Shown: piece after piece, positions 32,459 through 46,052 of the stretch
Position numbering within the stretch: position 1 is the first letter of the stretch
Layout of the letters: each line of letters starts with the position of its first letter
NCBI RefSeq assembly: GCF_009914755.1
Contig: NC_060930.1
Strand: one strand, 5' to 3'
From: the human T2T-CHM13v2.0 reference genome, Homo sapiens
Length of the DNA stretch: 64,000 nucleotides
The notes under the pieces: model-generated
What the model saw: only the letters and a program-made list of their open reading frames with translations
Databases searched by the model: none
What the model was told of the DNA's origin: nothing
Position numbers and translations under genes: made by a program

Positions 32459-34530
32459 GGGGAGATGGTCAAGATGGCCGACTAGAAGCAGCTAGTGTGT
32501 GTGGCTCTCATGGAGAGAAATGGAAGGGGTGAGTAAATACAGAATCTTCAACTGAAATACTCACATTGGGACTAATCAAGAAAAAACTCGACCTATGGAC
32601 AACAGAGAAAAGCAAGCCAGGACAACGGCCCACCCAGGGGACAACACAGAGCCAAGGGAACTTCCCCCTGCACAGGGAAGTGGTGAGTGAATGTGTGACC
32701 GCCCCCACACACTTCTCCCATAGATCTTTGCAACTCTCTGGTCAGGAGATTCCCTCATGAACCCACTCCTCCAGGGCCTTTAGTCTGACACACAGAGCTA
32801 CATGGAGTCTCGGCAGAGCAGCGGCTCAGGCAGGCACAGAGGCCCAGGAGATACTTGGGCTTTCCAGGCTTCTCAGCAAAAGCAGCTGCAACTCTGGCTA
32901 AATGGGAGGTTAGACACCCCATACACACCCCTAGAAAGGAGGCTGAATCCAGGGAGGCAAGCAGCCACAGTCTGCAGGCCCCACTTCTGTGGCACCTCAC
33001 AGGATAAGTCCCACTGGCCTGGGATTCCAGCCAGTCACCAGTAGCAGGGCTACACCTCCCTGAGACAAAGCTCCCATGGGGAGAAGTGGGCTGCCATCTT
33101 TGCTGTTTGGGTGACTTAGCCATTCCAGCCTTTAGGCCTTGTGAAGTCCACGCTGGCCGAGGGCAAAAGCAGTACCCAGCACATGGCAGCTGCGCTATGA
33201 AAACATGGCCAGACTACTTCTTTAAATCGGTCCCTGATCCCATTCCTTTTCACTAGGTGGGACCTCCCAACTGGGGTTTCTTGCCACCCCTGCCAGTGTT
33301 CTTTGGCTGACAGAGATTTGAAAACTCCCCAAGACAGAGCTCCCAGAGGGAGGGGCAGGTCACCATCTTTGCTGCGTGGGTGACTTAGCAGTTCCAGGCT
33401 TTGGGCTTTGGAGAGTCCAAGCTGATTGGAGGCAGAGGTGGTCCCCTAAAACAGCCATAGCTGTCCTGAGAAAATGTGGCCAGACTGCTTTTTAAAGTGG
33501 GTCCCTGATCCTATTCTTCCTCACTGAGCAGGACCTCCCAACCGGGGTCTCCAGCCACCCCCACCAGTGTTCTCTAGCTGACAAAGTTTTCAAACCTCCC
33601 TGAGACTGAGCTCCCAGAGGGAGGGAAGAGCCACTATCTTTGCTGTTTGGGTGACTTAGCGGTTCCAGCCTTTGGGCTTTGGAAAGTCCAAGCCAACCAG
33701 GGGCATAAGTGGCACCCCAGCACAGCCCTACAAAGACATGGCCAGACTACTTTTTAAAGTAGTTTCCAGATCCCGTTACTCATCACCAGGCAGAGCCTCC
33801 TAACTGGGGTCTCCAGCACTGAGGCCTTCAGTTGCCCCTAGAAGTTCTGTCCAGGTAGTTGCCAAGTTGCTACTGGCTCAATAGCTCTGTCAGGTCCTCT
33901 CTGCCACTGCTTCTGCTGTGGAACCGTCCTTGGTACCCTCGGGCTAACAAAGGAGCAAAGACCCTTAGTACCTTATCCACATCTCCAACAAGCTGAAGTT
34001 GACTCAAGAAGAGGAGGCCAGTGGATCGTCCATAATTCCCACACTCCGCCACTGCTCATCACCAGACAGGGAACACCTGGCTTGGGCCCACAGCACAGAC
34101 CCTCGATCTTGGGCTGATTGCACTGAGTAATTGCTGGCCTCCATCTCTCTGGGATGGCACCCCCAGGAGACAAGAAAAGTGGTGAACCAGCAAGCCAGCT
34201 GATGTGGAGCCCAGTGGGTTTGGTGCAGGAGCATCTGTAGCAGAGCACGACCAGGGACAGCCATCCCTCTAGGCTTTAGGTCTTATGGGAGCAGGTGGAG
34301 CCTAGAGGGATGGCTACATCTGCTACAGATGTTGCAGCAGAGCAGCCGGCCTTCCTGGTCATGCTCTGCTTTAGGGGAATTGTTGGACCTGATCTCTGCA
34401 GGGTGGTCCTGCACATCAGACAGGGCTGGTTTGACCTGAGCACTCCTTAGTCTGCTGGCCTCTACTAGGGCCCCAGCCTGGCCGTGCCCACTTACAAAGC
34501 AGTGTCAGCTGCTCTGGGTATCCAGACTAT
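32459..34530 (+). mobile_element. L1 5' UTR only (L1PA13-16/L1PREC2-like)
   Basis: 'caagatggccgactagaagcagctag...' after an A-rich target. GC-rich UTR with no ORF1 following. Confidence 0.8.
33060..33820 (+). repeat. ~270-bp tandem monomer x ~2.8 within the L1 5' UTR
   Basis: 'agctccca...catctttgctg..tgggtgacttagc..ttccag' recurs at ~33070, ~33338 and ~33609. Confidence 0.9.
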
Positions 34531-34624
34531 AGCTTGGTCCCATAAGTCTTCCTCATTAGAAAGCACCCTTCCCTGAACCTCTGCAACTTCACCTTACATG
34601 GGAATAAATGAAGTGAGCTCTTCA

Positions 34625-35147
<523 letters not shown>

Positions 35148-37789
35148 AAGAATGGTTGCATCCATGTTCAATATATAATTCCACATACTAAAAGCTACAC
35201 TTCCACATAGTCTGGCCTCATTGTCTCCTCAGAACTATGGTTTGTCTGTGTCTTCAAGAGGAGTTCAAGGGGGTATAAATGAGGATAGAAGAAAAACTTG
35301 AGCTTACACTTCTACAATGCTTTTCAAATCTTTAGATGCATAACCCTTTATTTTAATAAAACCTTACCTGAGATCCAAATTATGTAAATCTAATAAATAC
35401 AGGAATTCTGTGATTAAGTTAAGGAACAGGGAGCAGCCTAGACACTGGAGCACTGTTGAAAACAACTAACCTAAAGGTGAGAAGAGGTGACCAATAACAT
35501 TTGGTCCAGGCCCGTACTCCCAAAATGTAGGCAGAAAATGGGCTTTTAAAAGGGAAGGAAGACTGGGACTATGGTTTCGCAGGTCCATGACTCTATCTTT
35601 TGTCTTGTTCACTTTGGTAGATTTGGCATGTACCAAACATAGGGAAAGGCCAAGTTTTATTAAGCTGATAGGTAAAACCTTTCCCTTCTGCATAGAATTA
35701 CTCAGTTCAAGAGCTTCTCTGGTATCCAGACAGCACTTATGTCCTGCTTCAGTTATTGGTAAAGGAAAAAGATGTGTGAGATACTCCAAGTATGCTCCTA
35801 CTTATCTCCAGACTATACTCTCCTGCATACAATAAGGAGAACCAAACTTAAGGCATTCTTTTAGAATCAGAATTTCAAAATGTCTGACTGTGGGTTCTTT
35901 AAGACCACAAAACTTTCCTGGTGCCTAGGGCCAGAGGATGGAGAGACCAATGTTATCTGCTCAATTCATTTCCAGGTTTCTTTTACAACCTCTGAGGATC
36001 TGTTGATTTTCTTGCTACCAGTTCTGTTTCTGCACATGAGTAATTGGGGGCAGAGGCTGACCCTGCTGTTGTATAAAAGTAATTGACGGCAGTAAATTCA
36101 GCCCTTTGTGTTGCTCAGGTATAGAAAGTCCCTTGTTTCACACCACATCATAAATTATCCACCCACAGCCAGGTTCTGAAATTGTCTTTCCTAACTCCAG
36201 TTGAAGTTCATGGAGTTTGATGTGTGGATTTACTGTAGAATTAATTTCAGAGCCATGACCTTAGACCTTCTTACACGTGGGTATTTTGTGTATGGCATTT
36301 CCTATTAAGATCAAATCTGATTAGAACATAGATATTTACTCCTTCAGAGGTGTTGGATGCAGCAGCAGTTCTCAAATGCATGTCTCAATTACTGCTGTGT
36401 CCCCTCTCCACAAAGCCCTATTGATATGGGCTGTTTTTGCTACGCCCCTTTAATTATTATTTATTTAACTTTGATTTTCATGCCACTTTATATTTAACCA
36501 GCCATATGCAAACATGTAAGTGAAAGGAGCCACATGAAAATAAGCCAAAGGTGAATGGAAAACCCCATGTTTAGATTTCTGAATTAGAAGAAAGAATATA
36601 TAGAGCTCGTATTTATTTAAATTTCTATCACAGTGACTGACTTATTTCTAAACTAGTCCATAAACATTGAGCCGAATCTCAAATTGAATTGCCTGGCAAA
36701 CATTAGATTTTTATTGCACAAATTAAGAAATGCTGACAATATACAGAACACCACATTGGAGGGTGAACACTTAAAGCAATACTATATCCCATAGTCCCTT
36801 CTTCCAAGGCCAGGATTCATAATTCCCAGGAACATAGCCTAGTTTTGACCACCCCAGCTCAGTTTTTTAATATTGACCTTACCACTGTAGGCATTGACTA
36901 TAAGTCTAATTGCTATCTCTGGTTAGAAAATTTGTGTGCCAGTCATTCTTTTGCTTGTCATTATGTTTTTGTGGACACAGTGAAAAGAAGAAACTGTTTC
37001 GGCTCCAGATCTATAACAACAAACATATTTGTCTCATTTAGACTCTAGTAGTGTGAATGTCTGTGTATATGCCAAGCACGGGAGCCAAAGCAGAAAATTA
37101 GATGCCGAGGTTACCTGAGAGACATTTCTTACTCTTTGAAATATTCTTAATAAAAGAGTTATGAGAAAGCAAAATAGATTACAACAGGAAAGACCATAAT
37201 GCCATTTGTTATTACTAATTGTGATGGGAATATTAAAATTTTCAAAAGAGAAACTACACATTGATCACTAAATTGGAATTTCCAATTTATATATTAATAA
37301 CCTCATCTTATGTACAAAAGAGATTATAAATTTAGTTACAATGTGCTATGGAGGCCAGGAAAGCAGTAGTCAGTGATAGAGAATAGAGGATGAATACTGG
37401 GTGAGAAAAGCATATTACCAAGAAGTAAGCAAAATAAACAAAGAGTAAAGGAAATGTACATGTTTCAAGGACTTAGAGACTTATAGAAAAGATCTGTGAA
37501 ACCATGACAGGCCATCAAGGTCATAATGACCCAGAAGGGAAAGGGAAAATTGAAATCAAGCTTATTACAGATTTCAAATCCTCTGTGACATGAGCAAAAT
37601 TTTGGGTGAAAATGAGTGAAAACAAAACTATGAGGTAGTTAAATTCATACTTTAGTGGCATAACTTCCAGAAAGCGAAGGACCAAACAGGACTGCATTGT
37701 GTATCCCAGTAGACATCATAGCATTGGGCTTATGCTTTAAATAAAACATTCTGGACTCTCTCTGTGCTGCCTCATACTTACCAAAAGTC

Positions 37790-37975
37790 CTTCAACTTAT
37801 AGTCCCTGAGACTATCCATTTCTTTACCTGTAAAACAGAAATAAAAATGGTACCCTGTCTCATAGAGTTATTTGAGAATTAAATAAGTTAATGCATGTAA
37901 AGTTCATTACACAGTGCCTGGCCCATGCATATGTTCTGTAAAAGCAGGATAATATTATTAGCAATTATTATTGTA
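37790..37975 (+). mobile_element. MIR
   Basis: 'tttctttacctgtaaaacagaaataa...tctcatagagttatttgagaattaaataag...acagtgcctggc'. Confidence 0.8.
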
Positions 37976-38074
37976 ATTAGTCTCACACCAAACTTTGAGA
38001 TCAATCCTACAACAAGGCTCTGTCATTCGCATCAAATTCAGCAGTCTTACTGCCGGTTCTGCTTGTATTCTTTG

Positions 38075-38545
38075 GTTCATTCATGAATGTATTCATTCAA
38101 GATACTTATTGAGTCTCTATCCTTGAGAAACTTCTCTTCTAGTAGGGAGTATTATCAACAAATAAGATAACTTCATAGAATGGCAAGTGCTATGAAGAAA
38201 AATAAAGGGAGCAAGGGTGGCTGGGGTGAGGAGACTGTTGGATTATGTGGTCAGGGAAGGCTTTTTTCAGCAGGTGGTGTTTTAGCAAAGATCTGAATGA
38301 AGATATGGAGCCATCCAGGAAGACATTTTAGAAAAACATTGTAAGTACAGGAGACGGTGGAGATAAAAGGATAGACACAGGAAAGACTTTGGCATTTGAG
38401 TTTCAGGGAGTCAGAATTAATACTGGTATATTTGAATTGGTACTGATCCAGATGCTTCCAAGATGAGAAGGGGTAGGCAAGGCTGGGAGGGTAGATCATA
38501 GAGGCTCTAAAGGCTGTGGTAAGGAGTTTGGATAATTTATATCCA
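38075..38545 (-). mobile_element. L2 3' fragment
   Basis: 'ttcattcatgaatgtattcattcaa...aagtgctatgaagaaaaataaa...gtggtcagggaaggc'. Confidence 0.75.
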
Positions 38546-39329
38546 ACTCCATTATTAACTTTGAGGCTTGACCACCCCAAAATCAACTCGAACTAGGTAC
38601 TATCTCTAAACATGACTTTAACAATATTTTTAGGGAGGTAAAAAGTGGAATACCATTGCCTTAATATGTGGCTTTCATTATTTAGTGCATTCAGTAACCT
38701 ACTGTATTAGATGATAGCAAATTTAGTAGCAGTAATAGTTTCCTGGAATTCCTGTTATCTCCCCTAAGGGGCCAGTGCCTTGGCCTCTTCCCTCCAAATC
38801 TTTGAAACCTGGCCTAACTGTGATGTCGAACTAGCAGCACCTTTCTCCTGAGCCACAGAAGCTACTGCTGCTCTGTTGGTTCACCGGGAACACAGATCAT
38901 CTGGGGATTTTACTCAAGCTGCAGACATAGGCCTGCGTTAACTCCTGATGCCAGAAGGATTTCTATTATTAACAAGATAATTGCCCTCAGTTTCAGACAT
39001 TCCTCTCACCTCCCCAACATGTGTTTAACTTACATATTCTGATCCTGAGGACAGAGATCCAATAAATCATCTTAAAGGAGCATTTATCTATTCTAATAAA
39101 GAAATACAATGATGAAAAAGTATTATTTATAGACCAGAATAGCTCAAGTGTGAGTTTAAATTGGAGTTAGCTATTGCATTTAGTTTGTACTCAGGGGCCT
39201 TGTATTGCCTTCTTTAGAGGTCCTATTGACTGAGATGCAGGACACAGTCTCAGGCCCTCCTAAGATCCAGTAATACTCTTAGACCCACCACTTAACTCTG
39301 AGAAGACTGTAAGCCAAGGATATCATTCC

Positions 39330-39570
39330 TTTTCATTCAACACACATTTACTTGGTGAGTACTATGCACCAGATACTGTATTAGATGTTTCTGTTACAGC
39401 AGTTAACAATATAACCATAGACCTGGTTGTCCCTATACTGAAATAGAAGGAAATTTTCAAAAATCAAGAATCTGAAAATGCTGTGAGAGCATAGAGTAGC
39501 ATGTTCAACATTGACAGTTTTGTGTATGCTGGGATTTGTACAAAGAGTAAGATTCAGCCAGGTAAAAGGT
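39330..39570 (-). mobile_element. L2 fragment
   Basis: 'ttcattcaacacacatttact...tactatgcaccagatactgt'. Confidence 0.6.
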
Positions 39571-39698
39571 ATTATATTGGGAGGGACCAGAAATTAGTAA
39601 AGTTTATATAATTCTATGTTGGAATAAGATATTGATTGATGACTAAATATTTTTGTATATTATTTGAGTAATTATGTTTTTTCCATTTTGATAAGGAT

Positions 39699-39795
39699 AT
39701 TTATCTTTACTAAGTAAATTTTATCTTTACTAAGTAGATTTATCTTTAGATAAAGATACTTATCTTTACTAAGTAAATTTTATCTTTACTTAAGG
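39699..39795. repeat. Short tandem repeat of a ~20-bp unit (tttatctttactaagtaaat) with an internal inversion
   Basis: Five ttatcttta copies plus an inverted agataaagata. Confidence 0.9.
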
Positions 39796-39882
39796 ATAGG
39801 TAAAGAAAAAACAATCTATGAAGTGACTGAAAGTCAACTTCGTTGTCTCCTGTAACGTTAACCTCAGTATCTTGAAGGTCCT

Positions 39883-40381
39883 TATGGTAGATTGTGTAAT
39901 TGGCCCCAATTATTCACCACTTCCTGTACCCATGGCTTTTGTCATGTGACATTGCTATCCTTTCTACTACAGGTGGAGTGAACTCCCCACCTTCACTTTG
40001 TATGCAACCATGTGACTTGCTTTGCCAACGTAATGTTAGCAGATATGATGCAAAGAGAGGCTTGAAATGGACTAACCTGGTTGGGCTTCCCCTCTTGCAC
40101 TTTTGCTGTCACCATGAGCATAGCTTCCCCTGCGTAGATGCTGTTTGTTTACACTGGACCCCAGAATGAACACACATGGAGCTGACCTGAATCCAACCCA
40201 CAGTGAGGATAAGCCTAAACACAACAAAAACTTGAAACAGAGCTGGCCAGCTTGACCTAGAGTAGATGAGTAAACCACCTCTCCCTACCCGAGCTGAACC
40301 ACCCATGCCTGAGTTGCCATTTTAAGCCAATAAATTTGGGGCCATTTGTTACATAATATCATGTGGTAATAGCTAACAGAT
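39883..40381 (+). mobile_element. MLT1 (G/H-type) solo LTR
   Basis: 'tggtagattg...ggccccaattattcac...tttaagcca...gtggtaatagctaacaga'. Confidence 0.75.
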
Positions 40382-40834
40382 GTGACCACAACAACTAAAA
40401 TGTTGGCACTAATAATAGCCCTAAGGTTTAGTGTTAGGATTTCTGCCTTATTATTTTGTTTATCAAGAACTATATTTTCTGGTTTATGTCTTGGTTTCCC
40501 AATACTTGTGACTGAATCCATTTCATCCTCAGTGACAATAAGCTGTTTTACCTTTTTCACCTTCACCTTTTTTGATACTTTTTGCCTGGTCAGCAGCGTG
40601 GTAAATAAGTGACCTAGGTCATTGACTGAATCCTGTGAATTAATGCTATTCTCACGACCTCTCTCTGACCTCTCCTCCTTACGGATTTGGACCTACCTTC
40701 AACTTCCATCTCTGTTTATTTTTAGGGGAAATGGGTTGAGAGCTCTCACTGAAGTTATGTATTGGAGGTTTTGCTAGAAACTGGAAATACATAAGTCATT
40801 AAGACAGATCTTGACTCAAAGTATTTGACCTAGT

Positions 40835-41209
40835 TGTTATATGCTGAATTGTTTCCTCCAACATTCATATATTGAAGTCCCAACCCCTAGTACCCAGAAT
40901 GTGACTGTATTTGGAGATAGAGTCTTTAGATAGTTAATTAAATTAAAATGAGAAAGTTGGGGTGGGCCCTAATTGAATATGACCAGTGTCCTTTTAAGTA
41001 GAGGAGCTTATGACACATATATCTTCAGAGAGAAGACCATGTAGAGATGCAGGGTAAAGGTGGCCATCTACTAGCCAAGAGAGAAGCCTCAGAAGAAACC
41101 AGTCATGCTGACATCTTGATCTGACACTTTTAGCTTCCATAATAGTGAGAAAATAAATTTCTGTTGTTTAAGCCATATGTTGTTATGGCAGCCCCAGCAA
41201 ACTAATACA
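40835..41209 (+). mobile_element. MLT1B-like solo LTR
   Basis: TG...CA ends, perfect 5-bp TSD ctagt (40830-40834 / 41210-41214), 'agaatgtgactgtatttggagatag'. Confidence 0.9.
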
Positions 41210-42122
41210 CTAGTCAGGTAGATAAAGTTGGATGAGTGCATTTTAAAAATAAGACTTTTGAAGTACTATAAAAGCATAAATGAGAGATCAGGTAATGTTA
41301 GGGGTTGGGGAAAGAAGAAAAAAATCTTCATAGAAGTGGTAACATTGAAATTTCAATGATGAATAAGATATTATGTGGAAAATTAGGAGAAGAATATTTC
41401 AGGTAAAGTAAAAAGTATATGCAAATATAAGAAGATGTGATAAATCATGGAATATTTAGGTAAATGCAAGTTGTTTGGTAGAGTTGGATATGTTTGTATA
41501 TGTGTGTTTCCATGTGTGTTAGTGGGTAGGGGTATGAAGAGCAAGCAGGGAGATAGGTGAGGAGTTGAGACTATGAAATCAGGCAGCTTTCAGATTATGA
41601 AGCATCTTTTATGCAATGATAATGCATTTAGACTTTATTAAATAGGTTAGTTATTCTCAATCAGAGTGAAAGATATCAGAATCCTCTCTGGGTCTTTTAT
41701 AAACTACACTTGCCCAACTTTGCTCATTTGCTCTTAAAGTTTTAAAATCATTATTACAATGGACAATAATGAAAAATTGCTATGATATTAAGATTGATGT
41801 CTACAGAGGAAAAATATTAAGACAACTAATAAAACAATTATTGCTTCTGGACACTTGTTGGAATATTAAGATATGTGACCATACAAAGCAAAAAATTAAA
41901 AACAACTGGAAAAGTGAGAGTCAAGCAGAAGAGTGACATGATCAAAGTTAACTCTGGTAGCCAAAAAAAAAAAGTGGACTGGGGAGAGGCAAGTCTAAAT
42001 GCAAAAAGAAGTTAATTGATTATAGCAATATTCCCATGAAATATAATAACATCTTGATCTAAAACAATAGAAATGGTGATGACAGAAGGGAAAAATTTGG
42101 AAACAAAGTCAACAAGACCTAG

Positions 42123-44458
42123 TATATTAGTCCGTTCTCACAATGCTATAAAGATGCTTCCTGAGACTGGGTAATTTATAAATGAAAGAGTTGTAATAGA
42201 CTCAGAGTTCTGTATGGCTGGGGAGGCCTCAAGAAACTTACAATCATGACAGAAGGTGAAGGAGAAGTAAGCATCTTCTTCACAAGGCAGCAAGAGAAAG
42301 AGAGTGCATGCAGGGGAAACTGCCACTTTAAACCATCAGATCTTGTGAGAACTCCCTATCATAAGAACAGCATGGGAGAAACTGCCCCCATAATCCAATC
42401 ACCTTCCAGTATGTCCCTCCCATGACAAGTAGGGATTACAATTTGAGATGAGATTTGGGCAGGACACAGAGCCACACCATATTATTCCACCCTGGCCCCT
42501 CCCAAATCTCATGACCTGTTCACATTTCAAAACCAATTATGCCTTCCCAACAGTCCCCCAAAGCCATAACTAATTCCAGCATTAACCCAAAAGTCCAAGT
42601 CCAGAGTCTCATCTGAGACAAGGCAAGTCTCTTTCACCTATGAGCCTGTAAAAACAAAAGCAAGTTAGTTACTTCCAAGATATAATGGGGGTACATACAG
42701 GCACTGGGTAAATGTTCCTGTTTCAGACGGGAGAAATTGGCCAAAACAAAGGAGACACAGGCCCCATGCAAGTTGGGAACCCAGCTGGGCAGTCATTAAA
42801 TCTTTAAAATTTCCTTCGACTCCATGTCTCACATCCAGGGCACACTAATGCAAGGGGTGGGTTCACAAGGTCTTGAGTTGCTTGCCTCTGTGGTTCTGCA
42901 GGGTACAGTGCCTGCCACTGCTTTCACAGGCTGGCATTGAGTGCCTTCAGCTTTTCCAGGCACATGGTACAACCTGTCAGTGGATCTACCTTTCTGGGGT
43001 CTGAAGTATAGTAACTCTCTTCTCACAGCACTACGAGGCAGTGTCCCACTGGGGACTCTGTGTGGGGGCTCCAAACCCACATTTTCCTTCTGTACTGCCC
43101 TAGCAGAAGTTCTCCACGTGGGCTCTACCTCTGCAGCAAACTTCTGCCTGGACATCCAGGTGTTCCTGGACATCTTCTAAAATCTAGGTGGAGGTTCCCA
43201 AACCTCAGTTCTTTTCTTCTGCACAGCCACAGACCCAACACCATGTAGAAGCTGCCAGGGCTTTGTGCTTGCATACTCTGAAGCCACAGCCCAAGCTGTA
43301 CCTTGGCCCCTTTTAGCCATGGCTGGAGCTGGATTAGCTGGGACACAGAGCGCCATGTCCTGAGGCTGCACAGAGCAGTGGGGCCTTGGGCCTGACCCCT
43401 GAAACCATTTTTCCCTCCTAAGCCTCCAGGCCTTTAATAGGAGGGGTTGCCTTGAAGATCTCTGAGATGCCATGAAGACATTTCCCCCTTTGTCTCAGCT
43501 ATTAACATTCAGCTTCTCATTACTTATGCAAATTTCTGCAGCTGGCTTGAGTTTCTCCCCAGAATATGTTTGTTTTTTTTTTCTACCACATGGTCAGGCT
43601 GCAAATTTTCCAGACTTTTCACTCTGCTTTTTCTTTAAACATATGTTCCAATTTCAAACCATCTCTTTGTGAGCATATATACCTGTATGCTTTCAAAAGC
43701 CAAATCACCTTTTGAATGTTTTGCTGCTTAGAAATTTCTTCCACCAGATGCCCTAAATCATCGCTCTCAAGTTCAAAGTTTCACAGATCTCTAGGACAGG
43801 GGCAAAATGCCACCAGTCTGCTAAAGCACAGCAGCAGTAACTTTTGCTCCAATTCCTAACAAGTTCCTCATCTTCATCTGAGAGCACCTCAGCCTGAACT
43901 TCATCGTCCACATCACTACCCGCATTTTGGCCAAAACTATTCAACAAGTCTCCAGGAAGTTTCAAACTTTCCCACATCTTCCTGTCTTATTCTGAGCCTT
44001 CCAAACTGTTTCAACCTCTGCCTGTTTCAAAGTTGCTTCCACATTTTCACGCTATCTTTTAGTAGTATCCCATTCTGCTGGTACCAATTATCTGTATTAG
44101 TTCATTTTCACATTGTTATAAAGATAATACATGAGTCTGGGCAGTTTATAAACAAAAGAGGTTTTTAGTTGACTCACAGTTCCACATGGCTGGGGAGACC
44201 TCAGGAATCTTACAGTCATGGTGAAAGGCGAAGGAGAAGCAAGCACCTTCTTCATAAGGTGGCAGGAGAGAGAGTCCATGCAGGGGAAACTGCCACTTTT
44301 AAACCATCAGATCTATGACAACTTTTTCACTATCATGAGAACAGCATGGGGGAACTGTCCCCATGATCCAATCATCTCTCATTGAGTTCTTCCCTCGACA
44401 CATGGGGATTACAATTTCAGATGATATTTGGGTGGGGACACAGAGCCAAGCCATATCA
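42123..44458 (-). mobile_element. Full-length THE1 (THE1D-like) MaLR provirus: LTR 42123-42484, internal, LTR 44093-44458
   Basis: Two direct ~362-366 bp LTRs, ~1.6 kb THE1 internal sequence, perfect TSD cctag (42118-42122 / 44459-44463). Inserted into L2-like sequence. Confidence 0.95.
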
Positions 44459-45254
44459 CCTAGTAAACCAGGAAATATAGAGAAGCCAAGGGTGGATCAT
44501 GTACCTTTAACTCAGAAAACTTGAGGGAATGGTGGTTGCATTCTGTGGCTGGGAAATTGAGTAGAAGAAATAAATTTTAGGAAGGAGACTTGTTTCTTTT
44601 GAACATGTTGACTGTGAGGCACTGAAGAAAAATTCAGGTAATGTTCAGACACAACCCTGTGAGTCATTGGACTCTTGGTGTCAGTCACCCATAATGGGAA
44701 GTGAAGTCTTTAATATCTAACTTTTATCAGCCCAAGATAAATCAAGGTTAGAATTGTTAAAATAGAAGAAAACAAATAAAATGACCAAAAAACAGCAAAA
44801 AAAAAAGCAAAACAAAAATCCTTGATAGCTTCCCAAACACTTTTTTCTTATAGTAAAAAAAAATCGTCTCTAGGTATTTTCATGTTTTCTGTTTTCCAGG
44901 AACTTGAAGGAAATATGGTTTCTAGAGTCTCTACTGCTAGTTTCTATTAAGCTTCAGATCATACAATAGCATGGAAATAGTTTAAATGCTGGATTATAAC
45001 ACTTTACTATAAAGGTTCCATTTGTACTTCCAGTTTATCTTATTTCACTTCTCTCTGTGGTGAAGCAAGAAGAAAGGGGGGTAATTAGTCAGAGACTGAA
45101 GTCTCTCGACTTCTCAATAAAATCCTGTCATTTTTAAATATGATTATATAAGATAGTTTGTCTGAGAACTAGTTATTAAATCACTCTTTTTTTTAATTAA
45201 ACTTGAAGTTAAGATGATTGTATTCCTGAAATTTGTGTTTGACTTTGTGAGGAT

Positions 45255-45620
45255 GGGTTAATAATACACTAAAAAAAACCTTCTCAAATCTCAGTGCTTA
45301 ATAAAAGTTTCTCACTTAGTCTATATGTCTGAAGTGACTTGGCAGCAAAACATCTACTCATTGTAGTTATTTAGAGACCCAGGTTGATGGTGGCTCCTTC
45401 TATACATGTGCTTTCAGGGTCACTTCATCAGTGGGAAGGAAATGTAGTAAATCATATACTGGCTTTGAAGTCTTTCACGTGGACATGGCATATGTCACTT
45501 GCACTCAAATTTTATTAGCCAAAGCAAGTCACATAGTCGCAAAGATCAATCACATCCTGTGTCTAGAAATAGGGAGAATAGGTAATAGTTGGGGATTAGC
45601 AAAAATAACAACCACAGACA
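45255..45620 (-). mobile_element. Old MLT1 (J/K-like) LTR fragment
   Basis: 'aaatctcagtgcttaa...gacccaggttgatgg...atatgtcactt...agccaaagcaagtcacat'. Confidence 0.6.
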
Positions 45621-46052
45621 TCTTATGCTGATAGCTCATACTTAAAGCATATATGCTCTTGTCGTAGAACATATAAATCTACCTCCCATAAAAAATAATT
45701 TTTGTAATAAGAGTGATTTCTTAATATTCTATTCCAATTGTATCTCTACTGTCAAATTGAGTGAGATTAAAAATATCTTGATAGCTTGATTCCAGTATCT
45801 AGCTACAAGGATTTTGGAGGGAAAGTGATATTCCTGGATTTTTATCAGTGTATTTTTACCACTAAATAGTCATTGCACCAAATGTTCTTTCATTTTATAG
45901 GCTAACTAGCTTCCAAATATAAAGCTCTGAATTAGTTACAGAGGTTGTAAAATCGGAGAACCTGGTTACTATTTACTGTCATATTGAACCAGAAAAATAT
46001 ATATATTTTTGTTTTAGAATGGCTGAGAATCTTATAATTGTTTCAAGATGTA

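Noticed and set aside
33060-33820. CRISPR-like or novel repeat array
   Set aside because: These are contiguous diverged monomers of an L1 5' UTR with no unique spacers, in eukaryotic DNA.
42829-43977. Cluster of 60-114 aa ORFs
   Set aside because: They lie in THE1 internal sequence, which lacks intact gag/pol, and are fragmented on both strands.
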